Shown: positions 1 to 9,326, counted from the first letter of the stretch. The stretch is 64,000 bases of DNA from Candidatus Bathyarchaeia archaeon (GCA_049512935.1 JBEKWR010000002.1:32001-96000); one strand, 5' to 3'. Notes: generated by a model not told the origin, from the sequence alone. Numbers and translations: made by a program.

Positions 1-480
1 GTTAACCGCCCTATATTCTATTGGCGGCTTAATCATGTGGAAGTTGTAGATGCCGATCGAGGTTTTCTGGCGGTTCCTTCCGAAGGTTTTATCCAGCTTA
101 TCCTGCATGTGCATCAGCCCCCGAATGACCGCGTCGCTTAACTGCACGTCTTTAATGACGGCGCAGGCGATGAATGGGCGAATATCGAAGAGTTGTGCGT
201 CCACGTTGACGTCAACGACTGGTTTCTCCGCGGTGTACAGCCTCGCTCCCTTTTCCAACCCAAGATAACAGCGCAGCCCTCTGGCTAATCCTTCCGCACT
301 CCACAGGTCGGGGCGGTTGGTGTCCTTCATTTCGATGCTTACGGTGCCTTCCTGCTCGTTGAAAAGCTTCACTTCGCCCTTGACGTTGGCAAGGATTTCG
401 TCGAGCCGCTCCATTTTCCAGTGCAGGTCCAAGCCCAGAAGCCGCTCAAGCTCCAAATAATCCAGGTCGATCGTCGGCGT
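1..480 (-). CDS. pheT: Phenylalanyl-tRNA synthetase beta subunit, 5' part (runs off the left edge)
   Basis: Manual translation gives (T)PTIDLDYLELERLLG...SIEMKDTNRPDLWSAEGLARGLR, with the NRPDL motif of archaeal PheT. Lies directly downstream of pheS. GAGGTGA SD lies 6 nt before an ACG codon at 480-478. Confidence 0.93.
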
Positions 481-481
481 T

Positions 482-2014
482 TTAGGTCACCTCTTTCTTT
501 CTCAGCCAATCAAGGTCCTGGCTGAAAATCATCCTTATGTCCTCGATGCCTGCCCGCATCATGAAGAGGCGGTCAACGCCTAAACCCCACGCGATGACGG
601 GTTCCTTTACGCCGAGGGGCAAGGTGACTTCGGGTCGAAATATGCCGCTGCCGCCAAATTCCACCCAGCCGTAGCCTTCCTTGTACGCGCTGAGTTCCAC
701 GCTGGGCTCGGTGAAGGGGAAATAGTCGGGTTTGAACCGTACTTTGTCGGCTCCCGCGATTTCCAAAGCGAACTTGCCGAGCACGCCCAGAAGATCTTTG
801 AGGGTTAGGTTTTCGTCGATGATTATGCCTTCCACCTGGTTGAATTCGGAAAGGTGAGTTTTGTCGATTAGCTCTGGACGGTAAACCCGTGCGATGCTGA
901 AGTGCTTGCTTGGCACAGCGAATTTTTTTGCCGCAAGCGTTCGCGCGCTAAGGCACGTTCCGTGACCACGCAGGATTAGTCGTTGAGCCGTTAGGAGAGA
1001 GTACTTGTACCCCCATCCCGTGGAGCCAGTGGTCCACCCGTCTTCATGCGTTTCCTTCACCTGCTCCAAGGCTTGGGCGTGCATGCTTACGTCGCCGTAC
1101 GCGGGGTCCTTCGTGTAGTAAATGTCGCTTTCCTCTCTTGCAGGGTGATCCTGCGGCACGAAAAGAGCGTCAAAGTTGAAGAAGCCCGTTTCAACCGCCG
1201 TGCCCGTCATCTCCTGGAAACCCAACTGCACCAGTTTAGCGCGGACTTCGTCGAGAAACTGGAGGTAGGGATGCTTCTTGCCGGGCCAAGTTTTGGCGAC
1301 GGGCGCTTCAATGTTGTACTTTTGAAGTTTTGAGGTGTGCCATTTGCCAGTGATGATGAGTTCAGGCGTGAGCTGCGTGATTTCCTGCGGGGCGGTTTTG
1401 GCTTCGGCGGCGGCTTTTTTGCCTTCCGCGGTGATTTGCAGCGTGCGGCTTGTTTTAGGTTCGATAGAAAGAACCTTGCGTTTCTTCAGCAGTTCAGCAG
1501 CCTGTTTCAGTTCATCCTGTTTGAATTCTTCAAGCGCCGTCTGCCCTTTCTCATTTACGATTGCGAGGAGTTTCTCATCTTCGCCCTCTGGGATGAAGGC
1601 TTGGTGAATAAAGTTTTCAGCGACTCGCAGGGTGTTGTCGCTTGACGTGTAGAGCGCCCATTTTTTTCTTATCGCCCAGCCGAGCGCGATTTGGATGAAC
1701 TGAGCCTCAATGCCCGCCTGCTTCGCCGCTTCTTTGAGGTCTGCTGACCCGCCCTGCGCCGCCACGGCTCGCATCAGGCTGCGTTCAGGCAACCCGTTTT
1801 TGGAGTAAGTTTCCCCCTCAGCGGTCAGTTTGATGACGTTCTGGTGTTTTGCGTGTATGCCAATGAGGCTTTTTTCCTGCAGGGTCAGAGCCGTGCGCAT
1901 GACTGCCGTGTCTTGCATGCCTGTTTTTTCGATTAGCTGCTCTACCGAGGCGTCTCCGCCGACCGCCTGCAAGGCGCATAGGAGTTGTTGTTCCTGCGTT
2001 CTGAGTTCAACCAT
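482..2014 (-). CDS. pheS: Phenylalanyl-tRNA synthetase alpha subunit (archaeal long form)
   Basis: FNFDALFVPQDHPAR, HLSEFNQVEG, YFPFTEPS and AWGLGVDRL motifs; N-terminal wHTH-like extension. Confidence 0.97.
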   Translation of the reverse strand: MVELRTQEQQLLCALQAVGGDASVEQLIEKTGMQDTAVMRTALTLQEKSLIGIHAKHQNVIKLTAEGETYSKNGLPERSLMRAVAAQGGSADLKEAAKQAGIEAQFIQIALGWAIRKKWALYTSSDNTLRVAENFIHQAFIPEGEDEKLLAIVNEKGQTALEEFKQDELKQAAELLKKRKVLSIEPKTSRTLQITAEGKKAAAEAKTAPQEITQLTPELIITGKWHTSKLQKYNIEAPVAKTWPGKKHPYLQFLDEVRAKLVQLGFQEMTGTAVETGFFNFDALFVPQDHPAREESDIYYTKDPAYGDVSMHAQALEQVKETHEDGWTTGSTGWGYKYSLLTAQRLILRGHGTCLSARTLAAKKFAVPSKHFSIARVYRPELIDKTHLSEFNQVEGIIIDENLTLKDLLGVLGKFALEIAGADKVRFKPDYFPFTEPSVELSAYKEGYGWVEFGGSGIFRPEVTLPLGVKEPVIAWGLGVDRLFMMRAGIEDIRMIFSQDLDWLRKKEVT

Positions 2015-2352
2015 TTTGGCGCGTGCCTTCTACGTGGTTCTTTTTGAGGTTTGTTAAGGGATAGTTCCTTCGCCTCAAATAAAAGCATGCTGATGAGTCT
2101 TGACCATGCAAGAGAGAAGCAGAAGGCTGTCTTGAGGCTTTTTTGGCGCTATACCGCGCGTTAGGACGTTTTATTCTTTTTTTTTGCCAGTTAAGAGGGG
2201 TTTTTTCTTCAGAAATTGGCTGGTCTGTTTTCATTTCAGCCCTAAGCGGACTTGAGATCCAAAAACCTCTTATTTAAGATGCTTGTTCATTTTAAAGCAG
2301 GTTTTTTCAAAACTCTAATCCCCTTCTTAAGCGCTGGTTGCCAGTAGAAGGT

Positions 2353-2419
2353 TGGTTAAGGGCTGTCTGGAACCTTCAGGAAGAGAGAAGGGGGTGAACC
2401 AGAAGGCAACCCTTAACCA
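2353..2419 (-). ncRNA. Candidate small stem-loop RNA with a pyrimidine, anti-SD-like loop
   Basis: TGGTTAAGGG (2353-2362) pairs with CCCTTAACCA (2410-2419); inner stems TCTGG/CCAGA and TTCA/TGAA. Minus-strand loop is CCCCCTTCTCTCTTCC. TATA-like TTTTTATG on the minus strand about 23-30 nt upstream. Confidence 0.35.
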
Positions 2420-2682
2420 GATTGGTAATCAATCGAGTTAGCATAAAAAGCTTTGCATTAAATTACTTTTACCTATGAACAATTCGCTGAGTTTTAAGGG
2501 TCTAAACTGAGTTTGCGCTATCGCAGTCAACCTGCTGAAAAATGTTATTCGTAGAATCCACCGAGCTTTCAGCAGAACAACCATCACCGTTGAACTGCCG
2601 CCAAGTTTGCGGATGAAAAGTTTGCTTAAGGCGGAAGCTAACGTTTTACTTTGAAACCGCTTTTTGAGGGGGCTAAGCCTGC

Positions 2683-2862
2683 TTACGCCATTGCTAATTT
2701 GCGCAGCCCAATTCTTTCTAAGTCTTCGCACTCGTCGCAGAGGTCAGACGTGGGTCTGCTGAAGCGTTTGCGAATGACCGCCCGCGGGTACTGCTTGCAG
2801 TCTTTCTGCCAATGCCACCTGTCAGGCTCAGGACCCTTAACATACTCCACATTCTCCGCCAA
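2683..2862 (-). CDS. Small Cys/His putative metal-binding protein (59 aa)
   Basis: GGAGG SD before TTG at 2862; HWxxxC...LCDEC motif. Confidence 0.6.
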   Translation of the reverse strand: MAENVEYVKGPEPDRWHWQKDCKQYPRAVIRKRFSRPTSDLCDECEDLERIGLRKLAMA

Positions 2863-2978
2863 TCCGAAACCTCCCACAAAGAGCCTCAATCAACACAATA
2901 TAGTATACAACAACTATTATTTCTAATTTGCCAATCCCTTAAATAGGGACAAAAAAAGGTTGGTTAGCGACGCAGAGC

Positions 2979-3083
2979 TTATTTTGCCTTTCCAGCTTTC
3001 TTAGCGCAGGCGCTACTGCAGTACTTGCTTTTAGCATCAAACGTCGTGTAAACCCGTTTGCAAACTGGACATTTCTTATCCAA
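2979..3083 (-). CDS. 34-aa TRASH/MYM-like zinc-finger microprotein (not in ORF track)
   Basis: MDKKCPVCKRVYTTFDAKSKYCSSACAKKAGKAK has CxxC...YCSxxC; GAGGTTG SD upstream of TTG. Confidence 0.65.
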   Translation of the reverse strand: MDKKCPVCKRVYTTFDAKSKYCSSACAKKAGKAK

Positions 3084-3207
3084 ACTCAACAACCTCTTAA
3101 CAGCATTGTGGTACGCTGGACTTAAAACTTTTTTGCGAAAAAACCCAAAACTAACCTGAAGCCAACTCTGTTTTTAGAGCACCCGCAGTTCAGCATGTGT
3201 TTTTGGG

Positions 3208-3390
3208 TTAAGTGTTGTTCAGGATTAAGTCTGCCTTCGGCGCTTCGTTCCTAACAAGGTTAACCGCGTTCTCGCAATCCGACCTGTTATGGTAGCCCTC
3301 GCAGCTTTCAGCGATGACTGCGCCGTTGCCTGCCCTCAGCTGCCACCTGAACAGCCGAGCGTTATCCTTGTACACCTCAAACTGAGCCAT
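3208..3390 (-). CDS. YegP/DUF1508 family small protein
   Basis: MAQFEVYKDNARLFRWQLRAGNGAVIAESCEGY matches the family pattern FEIYKDxxGxxRWRLxAxNGxIIAxSGEGY. Confidence 0.88.
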   Translation of the reverse strand: MAQFEVYKDNARLFRWQLRAGNGAVIAESCEGYHNRSDCENAVNLVRNEAPKADLILNNT

Positions 3391-3403
3391 AAGAAAACCT
3401 GCC

Positions 3404-4441
3404 CTAAACAGGTATAGCGTCCAAGTCACATATAGCTTTAACCGAACTGCCGCTGGAAGGCTTTCTAAAGTTTCTTCGTCTGGTCCTTACCAAGATGAGA
3501 TAAACCGCTACAGCCATCACTATTCCCACCGAGAAAACCCCGACTGTTTCAGCGATTGTAAAGGCACTTCGAGCTGCCGCGCCATCGGAGCCCGTGGGAA
3601 CTGTCGCATTATTGGGGTAGCCGCGGCTTTCCCAGTATCCTAGGTAGCTTGAATCGTTTGACACATCGATCTGCGTTACCCATTTTATCCATTTGTATCC
3701 ATATTGGTCAGGAGGCACAAGCGCGAGTGGAAACCCTGCCGCGGCGGGGAGAGTTACGTTGTTCATTTTGTAAGCTAAGGTTATGTTGTTCTGTTCCACG
3801 TAGCTTAATGGAAGCGATGTGGTGTAGCCGTCGGCGGCTATGAAGATAAGAGTGTTCGCATCTGGGCTGACGCCTGCCTCTTTGATGAGGTCGCTTACAA
3901 GGACTCCTTGCCATAAGCAGGTTACGCTCCAGCCTTCTACGCAGAGAAGTGTGGAAACATTCTGGTACAACGTGAAGTTATTGAGTATGTCGCTGTACGT
4001 ATATTCTACAGGTTGGTTTACGAGACCGGTGATTGTTAAGTTGTAAGTCGCCTCGTCTATGTGTTGTGTTCCATCGATTGCAACGTCGGGGTGTAGAGCG
4101 ATATCTTCAACGAAAGTGCTGATTGACGTCAATTGTTGACCATCATACTCGGTAACTTCTCCCGGGTAAAGCCCAGAGGGCAGCGGTGGTGGTGGCGTAA
4201 AACCACCTGTTAGCATCGACGGAGGATATGGCGAAGCAGACGGCGTCGCGGATGTACCTGGGGCGGAGGGTGAAGAAGACGCCGTAATTGTCGGTGTTAA
4301 GGAAGCAGTTGGAGTGGGGGACGGTACGAGCGTTACGGAAGGCTTAGAAACGTTCTGAGCAATAAACAGCGAAACAACCAGCGCCGCCACTAACAAAACC
4401 ACAACCAAAACTAGTCTTACATGCCGCTTAATTACCTGCAT
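3404..4441 (-). CDS. Membrane-anchored molybdopterin-dependent oxidoreductase (sulfite oxidase/MsrP-like)
   Basis: CVEGWS, LAYKMN, GFPLALV, YGYKWIKW and GYWESRGY motifs; N- and C-terminal TM helices; Pro/Ser/Thr linker. Confidence 0.88.
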   Translation of the reverse strand: MQVIKRHVRLVLVVVLLVAALVVSLFIAQNVSKPSVTLVPSPTPTASLTPTITASSSPSAPGTSATPSASPYPPSMLTGGFTPPPPLPSGLYPGEVTEYDGQQLTSISTFVEDIALHPDVAIDGTQHIDEATYNLTITGLVNQPVEYTYSDILNNFTLYQNVSTLLCVEGWSVTCLWQGVLVSDLIKEAGVSPDANTLIFIAADGYTTSLPLSYVEQNNITLAYKMNNVTLPAAAGFPLALVPPDQYGYKWIKWVTQIDVSNDSSYLGYWESRGYPNNATVPTGSDGAAARSAFTIAETVGVFSVGIVMAVAVYLILVRTRRRNFRKPSSGSSVKAICDLDAIPV

Positions 4442-4548
4442 TTCAAACTAATAATGAGAATGCCTTCATATTTATCTGTAACGCGCGTGCGTTCCTCCGC
4501 AGGCATCCTTTTCAAAACATGTTTCAGGAAGTTATAAAAGCGTGTTCG

Positions 4549-4568
4549 TCCCACATGGTATTGTGGGA
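4549..4568. promoter_or_regulatory. Inverted-repeat operator of the AbrB-VapC locus
   Basis: TCCCACA-N6-TGTGGGA lies between TTATAAAA (4532-4539) and ATG 4573. Confidence 0.55.
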
Positions 4569-4572
4569 AAAG

Positions 4573-4818
4573 ATGGAGCAATTAACAGTTAAAGTAGATT
4601 CAAAAGGCAGAATTTGCATTCCAGCCGAAATAAGAGAAGAATTCGGAGACACCATCACCATCAAGAAAACCCAAGAAGGCTACATGATAATTCCCGGCAA
4701 ACGCCAAGATTTTCTTGAAGAGTTCAAAAAGTTAATCAATTCTGAGCCGAAGCGTAAAGGTAAACCAAAACTTGCAACTCCAGAAGAAATGAAGTCAGTT
4801 TGGAGAACCGCCAAGTGA
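4573..4818 (+). CDS. AbrB/MazE/SpoVT-family antitoxin
   Basis: VKVDSKGRICIPAEIREEFG AbrB motif; upstream of a PIN toxin. Confidence 0.88.
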   Translation: MEQLTVKVDSKGRICIPAEIREEFGDTITIKKTQEGYMIIPGKRQDFLEEFKKLINSEPKRKGKPKLATPEEMKSVWRTAK

Positions 4819-4937
4819 AACATCAGGACAATACTGAAAAGCTGCTCAAAATGATCAATTCTAAACATCGCCGAACAGGTAAGCCTGAAAATTGGCCCCC
4901 TGAAAAGATGAAATCTATTTGGTGCAAAACCCAATGA
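4815..4937 (+). CDS. 40-aa mini-antitoxin, paralogous to the C-terminal half of the upstream antitoxin (not in ORF track)
   Basis: GTG start overlaps the antitoxin stop (GTGA); its TGA overlaps the vapC ATG (ATGA). 18/40 ungapped identities with the antitoxin C-terminus. Confidence 0.55.
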   Translation: MKHQDNTEKLLKMINSKHRRTGKPENWPPEKMKSIWCKTQ

Positions 4938-5371
4938 TTATCGGCTTAGACACCAACGTACTATGCTACGCCCTTGACCCAGCATATCCTGAACATGAAA
5001 ACGTGAGACATTTATTGCTCAATCTCTCACCAGAAAACCTCATTGCCCTAAACCCGACTGTTCTGCATGAGGCTTATCACACGCTCGTTAACTACTTAGA
5101 ATGGACCCCTGAAGAAGCCGCCAAAAGACTCACCGCACTTTTGAATCACCCATTTATCGAGTTCTATAACCAAACACAAAAAACCAGCCTAATCGCACTA
5201 AACCTGGCAGTAAAACACAACCTCGACGGAAGAGACGCCCTCATAATAGCCAACTTCTTAGCAAACCAAACACCCATCATGTACACCCACGACAAAAAAC
5301 TCCTAAAACTACAAAAAATAACCTGGAAAAACACCAGCTTAACCCTCAAAGACCCAACAACACAAGGCTAA
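4934..5371 (+). CDS. vapC: VapC-family PIN-domain toxin
   Basis: LDTNVL, VLHEAY, DALIIA and THD PIN residues. Confidence 0.9.
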   Translation: MIIGLDTNVLCYALDPAYPEHENVRHLLLNLSPENLIALNPTVLHEAYHTLVNYLEWTPEEAAKRLTALLNHPFIEFYNQTQKTSLIALNLAVKHNLDGRDALIIANFLANQTPIMYTHDKKLLKLQKITWKNTSLTLKDPTTQG

Positions 5372-5486
5372 AGACAAACCTCTAAAGTAACCTGAATTTG
5401 AATTCTATTTACTGCGTTGTTGGTTCGTTTTGTTTATATATTCGAACTTTGACTATGCATGTGCAAAAAGAAGGAATATCTAAAAG

Positions 5487-5927
5487 ATGGGTTCTAAGTC
5501 ACCAAGGGGCGAATTCGCCGCAAGGCAGTTAGCTAGGAAACGGAAAAATTTCCGTTGGCACGATCGTTACTTTAACCGTCGCATGCTTATGCTCGACGAA
5601 AAAGTTGACCCGATGCAGGGTGCACCCCAGTCACGGGGCATCGTTCTGGAGAAAGTCGGCGTTGAATCTAAACAGCCGAACAGCGCCATCCGCAAATGCG
5701 TCCGCACGCAGCTTATCAAGAACGGAAGGACCATCACGGCGTTTTTGCCGGGAGATGGCGCGCTCAACGTTGTTGACGAGCACGACGAGGTCGTTGTTGA
5801 AGGCATCGGCGGGACAAGAGGCGGCGCAATGGGAGACATTCCAGGAGTCCGCTGGAAGGTCGTCATGGTTAACGGCGTAAGCCTAAACGAGCTCGTTTAC
5901 GGGCGTAAACAGAAGCCAGCGAGGTAA
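5487..5927 (+). CDS. rps12: 30S ribosomal protein S12 (uS12)
   Basis: [16 protein letters not shown] and [10 protein letters not shown]. Confidence 0.98.
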   Translation: MGSKSPRGEFAARQLARKRKNFRWHDRYFNRRMLMLDEKVDPMQGAPQSRGIVLEKVGVESKQPNSAIRKCVRTQLIKNGRTITAFLPGDGALNVVDEHDEVVVEGIGGTRGGAMGDIPGVRWKVVMVNGVSLNELVYGRKQKPAR

Positions 5928-5933
5928 AATGGT

Positions 5934-6524
5934 ATGACACAAGCATCAGTCGCTCAACCTCAAGAAATCAAGCTTTTCCAGAAATGGAGCTTCAAAGACA
6001 TCAAAGTCGAAGACATAGGTCTGCAGCGGTACCTGAACTTGACCCCGATGGTTGTCCCCCACAGCATGGGACGCCACGAGCACCAAAGATTCCGCAAGGC
6101 AAAAGTCAACATCGTGGAACGATTAATCAACAACCTCATGCGTCCAGGCAAGAACGCGGGCAAAAAAGCCAAAGTAACCAACATCGTCAAGGAAGCCTTC
6201 GAAATCATCTACACGCGCACGGGCAAAAACCCCGTTGAAGTTCTCGTGAAAGCCGTTGAAAACGCGTCGCCATGCGAAGACACAACACGCATCAGCTACG
6301 GCGGAGTCGTCTACCACTTGTCCGTTGACGTCGCGCCGCAAAGACGCATAGACCTAGCAATCAGACACATAACCGAGGGCGCAAGGCAAGCCAGCATGAA
6401 CACTCCGCGCAGCATACAAGAAGCAATTGCAGACGAACTGATCCTGGCGGCAAACAAGGACATCAAGAGCGCAGGCGTAGCAAAACGCAACGAAATCGAA
6501 CGCGTCGCGCAATCCAGCAGATAA
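5934..6524 (+). CDS. rps7: 30S ribosomal protein S7 (uS7)
   Basis: KLFQKW, IVERLIN, VDVAPQRRID and EIERVAQSSR. Confidence 0.98.
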   Translation: MTQASVAQPQEIKLFQKWSFKDIKVEDIGLQRYLNLTPMVVPHSMGRHEHQRFRKAKVNIVERLINNLMRPGKNAGKKAKVTNIVKEAFEIIYTRTGKNPVEVLVKAVENASPCEDTTRISYGGVVYHLSVDVAPQRRIDLAIRHITEGARQASMNTPRSIQEAIADELILAANKDIKSAGVAKRNEIERVAQSSR

Positions 6525-6869
6525 AACAACTTCCCTTTTTACCGTTCAAATCTACTTTTCCTTTATTCTAACAAGCAAGCTTTGACCCTTCATATGCAAA
6601 GTTGAGACAGACAAAAGCTGCCTAAGCCTGATCCAAGCCCTAAACCTAAAAAGCTGCCCGAAACAAGCCCTGACTGGCGACGAGGGGAGGAGGTCTACTA
6701 TTTACATCAAAATCCCATTGTAAATATGGATTTGGTTCTTTCGGGGTGGTTGCTAGCTGCCCTCAGCGGGGGATGGCGGGTGCTTTTCTTTCGGTTTCCC
6801 TGAATATGCGGGGGTTTGATTAGAAATAGTCTTAAAGTTGACGGTGGAATATTACTTTACGAAGTTTGT

Positions 6870-8057
6870 ATGCCGACTAATTTGCCGCCTGAAGCGTTGG
6901 ACAAATGGGAGCTAGTTGAAGCTGCTCATACGCCTAGAGAAAAAATGGATGCCATGATTGAGTTCCTAAAGTATGTTCCACATCACAAAGGCACCATGAA
7001 ACTGCGGGGCGAAATGAACAGGAAAATTTCTCTTATCCGCGCGGATTTAGACAAGAAGAAACGCATGGGCACGGGCAAAAGCAGCGGCGGACCGAAGCTT
7101 TCTGTTGAAAAGGAGGGTTCTGCGCAGATTGCTTTGATCGGCGTGACCAACGTGGGTAAGAGCTGTTTGATGAGTGCCACCACCAACTCGAAAGTGGTAG
7201 TTACGCCGACGCCTTACAGCACTCATGAGCCAGTGCCAGGCATAATGAACTACGCGGATGTGCAGTTCCAGATTGTTGAAGCCCCAGCGGTGATGGAAGG
7301 CAGCGCCGACGGGCGAGCAGCAGGTCACGTTACGCTTGGTTTAGCGCGCAATGCCGACGCCGTGATTCTGATGGTTGACTTGTCCCGTGACCCAATCGAG
7401 CAGTTGGATCTGGTTTTGGCGGAGCTGGAAAAAAGCCGCGTGCTCGTAAGCAAGCCCAGCGGCAAGGTGGTTATTGACCGCCGCCATGCTGGGGCAGCAC
7501 TGAGGGTTATTCTTGTCGGGAAGCTTTTGGATTGCAGCATGCAAGATGTTGAAGATTTGCTTCGCAGCTACAAGATAAACGATGCCACAGTGAGAATCAG
7601 CGGCGACGTGCGGCTTGACGACGTGGAGGACGCCATTTTTGAGACCACGACCTACAAGCCCGCGGTGATTGTTGCGAACAAGCTGGATTTGAAGGGCGCA
7701 GCGGCGAACCTGCGGCTTCTGAAGCAGTACGTGAACGAGCGGTTGCCCGTTGTCGCCATGTCCTGCGAGCAGAAAACTGGGATTGACGAGTTGGGCCGGG
7801 CGCTCCTGGAAAGCTTGCAGGTTGTTCGTGTTTACACAAAGGAGCCTGGGTCGCATAGGCCGACTGGACGCCCGTTCGTGCTTAAGCGCGGCGCCACAGT
7901 TAACGATTTGGCGAAGAATATTCATAAGGAGCTGGTTTGGAACTTTTTGTTTGCGATGGTTTGGGCTAAACGTTTGCCTTTCAGCCCCAAGAAAGTCGGG
8001 TTAGGCTTCGTTTTGGAAGACGGGGACGTAGTGGAAATCCACGCGAAAATAGGTTGA
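6870..8057 (+). CDS. DRG/OBG-family GTPase with C-terminal TGS domain
   Basis: MPTNLPPEA start, GVTNVGKS P-loop, NKLD G4, RVYTKEPG and LEDGDVVEIH TGS motifs. Confidence 0.92.
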   Translation: MPTNLPPEALDKWELVEAAHTPREKMDAMIEFLKYVPHHKGTMKLRGEMNRKISLIRADLDKKKRMGTGKSSGGPKLSVEKEGSAQIALIGVTNVGKSCLMSATTNSKVVVTPTPYSTHEPVPGIMNYADVQFQIVEAPAVMEGSADGRAAGHVTLGLARNADAVILMVDLSRDPIEQLDLVLAELEKSRVLVSKPSGKVVIDRRHAGAALRVILVGKLLDCSMQDVEDLLRSYKINDATVRISGDVRLDDVEDAIFETTTYKPAVIVANKLDLKGAAANLRLLKQYVNERLPVVAMSCEQKTGIDELGRALLESLQVVRVYTKEPGSHRPTGRPFVLKRGATVNDLAKNIHKELVWNFLFAMVWAKRLPFSPKKVGLGFVLEDGDVVEIHAKIG

Positions 8058-8107
8058 TAAAAAGCTAAGTTTTGTGTCGCGTTTGCGACCTTTTTTTAAA
8101 AAAAGGG

Positions 8108-9070
8108 TTATGGTGGGGGCGGTGGAGGCGGCGGTGGCGGAAGCGGCTGCTCAGCCTGTCCTTTCTTTCGGCGTGTTCTCAGAAGCATCAGAACGGCGAG
8201 GACGACTACTATCACGACTACTGCGGAGACTGCGCCGTACGTTACCAGCGAGTTAACGGGGGTTGGGGTTTGTTTTGGCTTTGACGAGGAAGATGGTGAG
8301 TTGTTTGGTGTGGGTGTGGGTGAGCCTGTGTGTGACGTTGGCGGCGGGCTTGTCGAAACGTATTCGACTAGGACGGCGTAGCTTTTGACGTCGTTGGACA
8401 GTGAGGCTGAGTTGTCTGTGGGCGATGCGATGAAGGGCACTTCGCTGTCAGGCGCAAGCGCTGTAGACAAGTAGCCTGTGTAGTTCATTCCTATGACTTT
8501 TTCTGAAGCGTCGTAGAACGTTGTTGCGACCCAGACGTTGTCGGCTGTTAGGCTGCCGTTGTTTATGACGTTTCCTGTGACGGTGTACACGCCACTGTTG
8601 TCAAAGCCGCTCAGGCTGTTTGTTGATAGGTTTTGGTATACTGTTTGGTTTGTGGCGTCGGCTATTGACACTCTGAGGGTAACGTTGGTGACGCTGCTTG
8701 TGTAGCTGTTGTCTTGGGTGACGCTTTGTACGGGGTTGAAGTCGGCGTAGAAGGGAGCTTTATATCCAGGAAGCAAAGGTACCGCTAAAACTGGGTAGTC
8801 GACTTCGTTCAGTACGTTACCTGAGGAGTTTAAGGCCTCGCCATAAATGTAAATTGTGCCAAGGGTCGTCGTTCCAGTGTTCTCGACTTCGCCGACTACG
8901 ACTAAATCGCCGATGTATCCTGCTAGGACGGTGTTTGTGGGCGAAGTGTACCATTTGTAGCTGAGGATGGCGGCGTCTGTTGTTTGTGCTTTCGCGTTCG
9001 GTGCTGATAGGGCGGCAAATGCGCTTATGACTAAAATTACAAGGATTACGGATGCTACTATTTTCTTCAA
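8108..9070 (-). CDS. Surface protein with two FxLYD-like Ig domains, C-terminal TM and poly-Pro tail
   Basis: Signal peptide; VVGEVENTG / VTGNVINNG repeats; TFYDA; PT linker; TM helix; terminal P10. Confidence 0.75.
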   Translation of the reverse strand: MKKIVASVILVILVISAFAALSAPNAKAQTTDAAILSYKWYTSPTNTVLAGYIGDLVVVGEVENTGTTTLGTIYIYGEALNSSGNVLNEVDYPVLAVPLLPGYKAPFYADFNPVQSVTQDNSYTSSVTNVTLRVSIADATNQTVYQNLSTNSLSGFDNSGVYTVTGNVINNGSLTADNVWVATTFYDASEKVIGMNYTGYLSTALAPDSEVPFIASPTDNSASLSNDVKSYAVLVEYVSTSPPPTSHTGSPTPTPNNSPSSSSKPKQTPTPVNSLVTYGAVSAVVVIVVVLAVLMLLRTRRKKGQAEQPLPPPPPPPPPP

Positions 9071-9326
9071 TTTATCCTCACTCGAAATAAATATTTCCCT
9101 TTAGAACCATCATAGTCAAGTAAACAGTTATTAAACTTTTTCAAAATTAACCCCAAATTTTACCCGTTCCCCGCTCGTGCAGCGGAGCCCGTGTTGGGGC
9201 TGCTTGTTTCTCAGCGGCGCTTTTTGTGGTGATTTTTGGTCACACGCGCGCGCTTTTCACAAAAAGACTCCAAAATAATCCTTAAAGAACACCTAAAAAG
9301 GAGAGGGCGAAAAAAGCTTGGCTTTA

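Noticed and set aside
6665-6700. TGACTGGCGA..GGGGAG resembling the 5' part of a ZTP riboswitch
   Set aside because: No P2 stem and no downstream GCCTGGG pseudoknot partner; the downstream gene is unrelated.
7341-7925. Long antisense ORFs (also 14433-15008, 34608-35327 and 43093-43566)
   Set aside because: Shadow frames of well-supported genes on the opposite strand.
9171-9217. Adjacent GC-rich hairpins (CCGCT/AGCGG, AGCCC/GGGCT)
   Set aside because: Stems of only 5 bp, single copy; expected by chance in GC-rich DNA.
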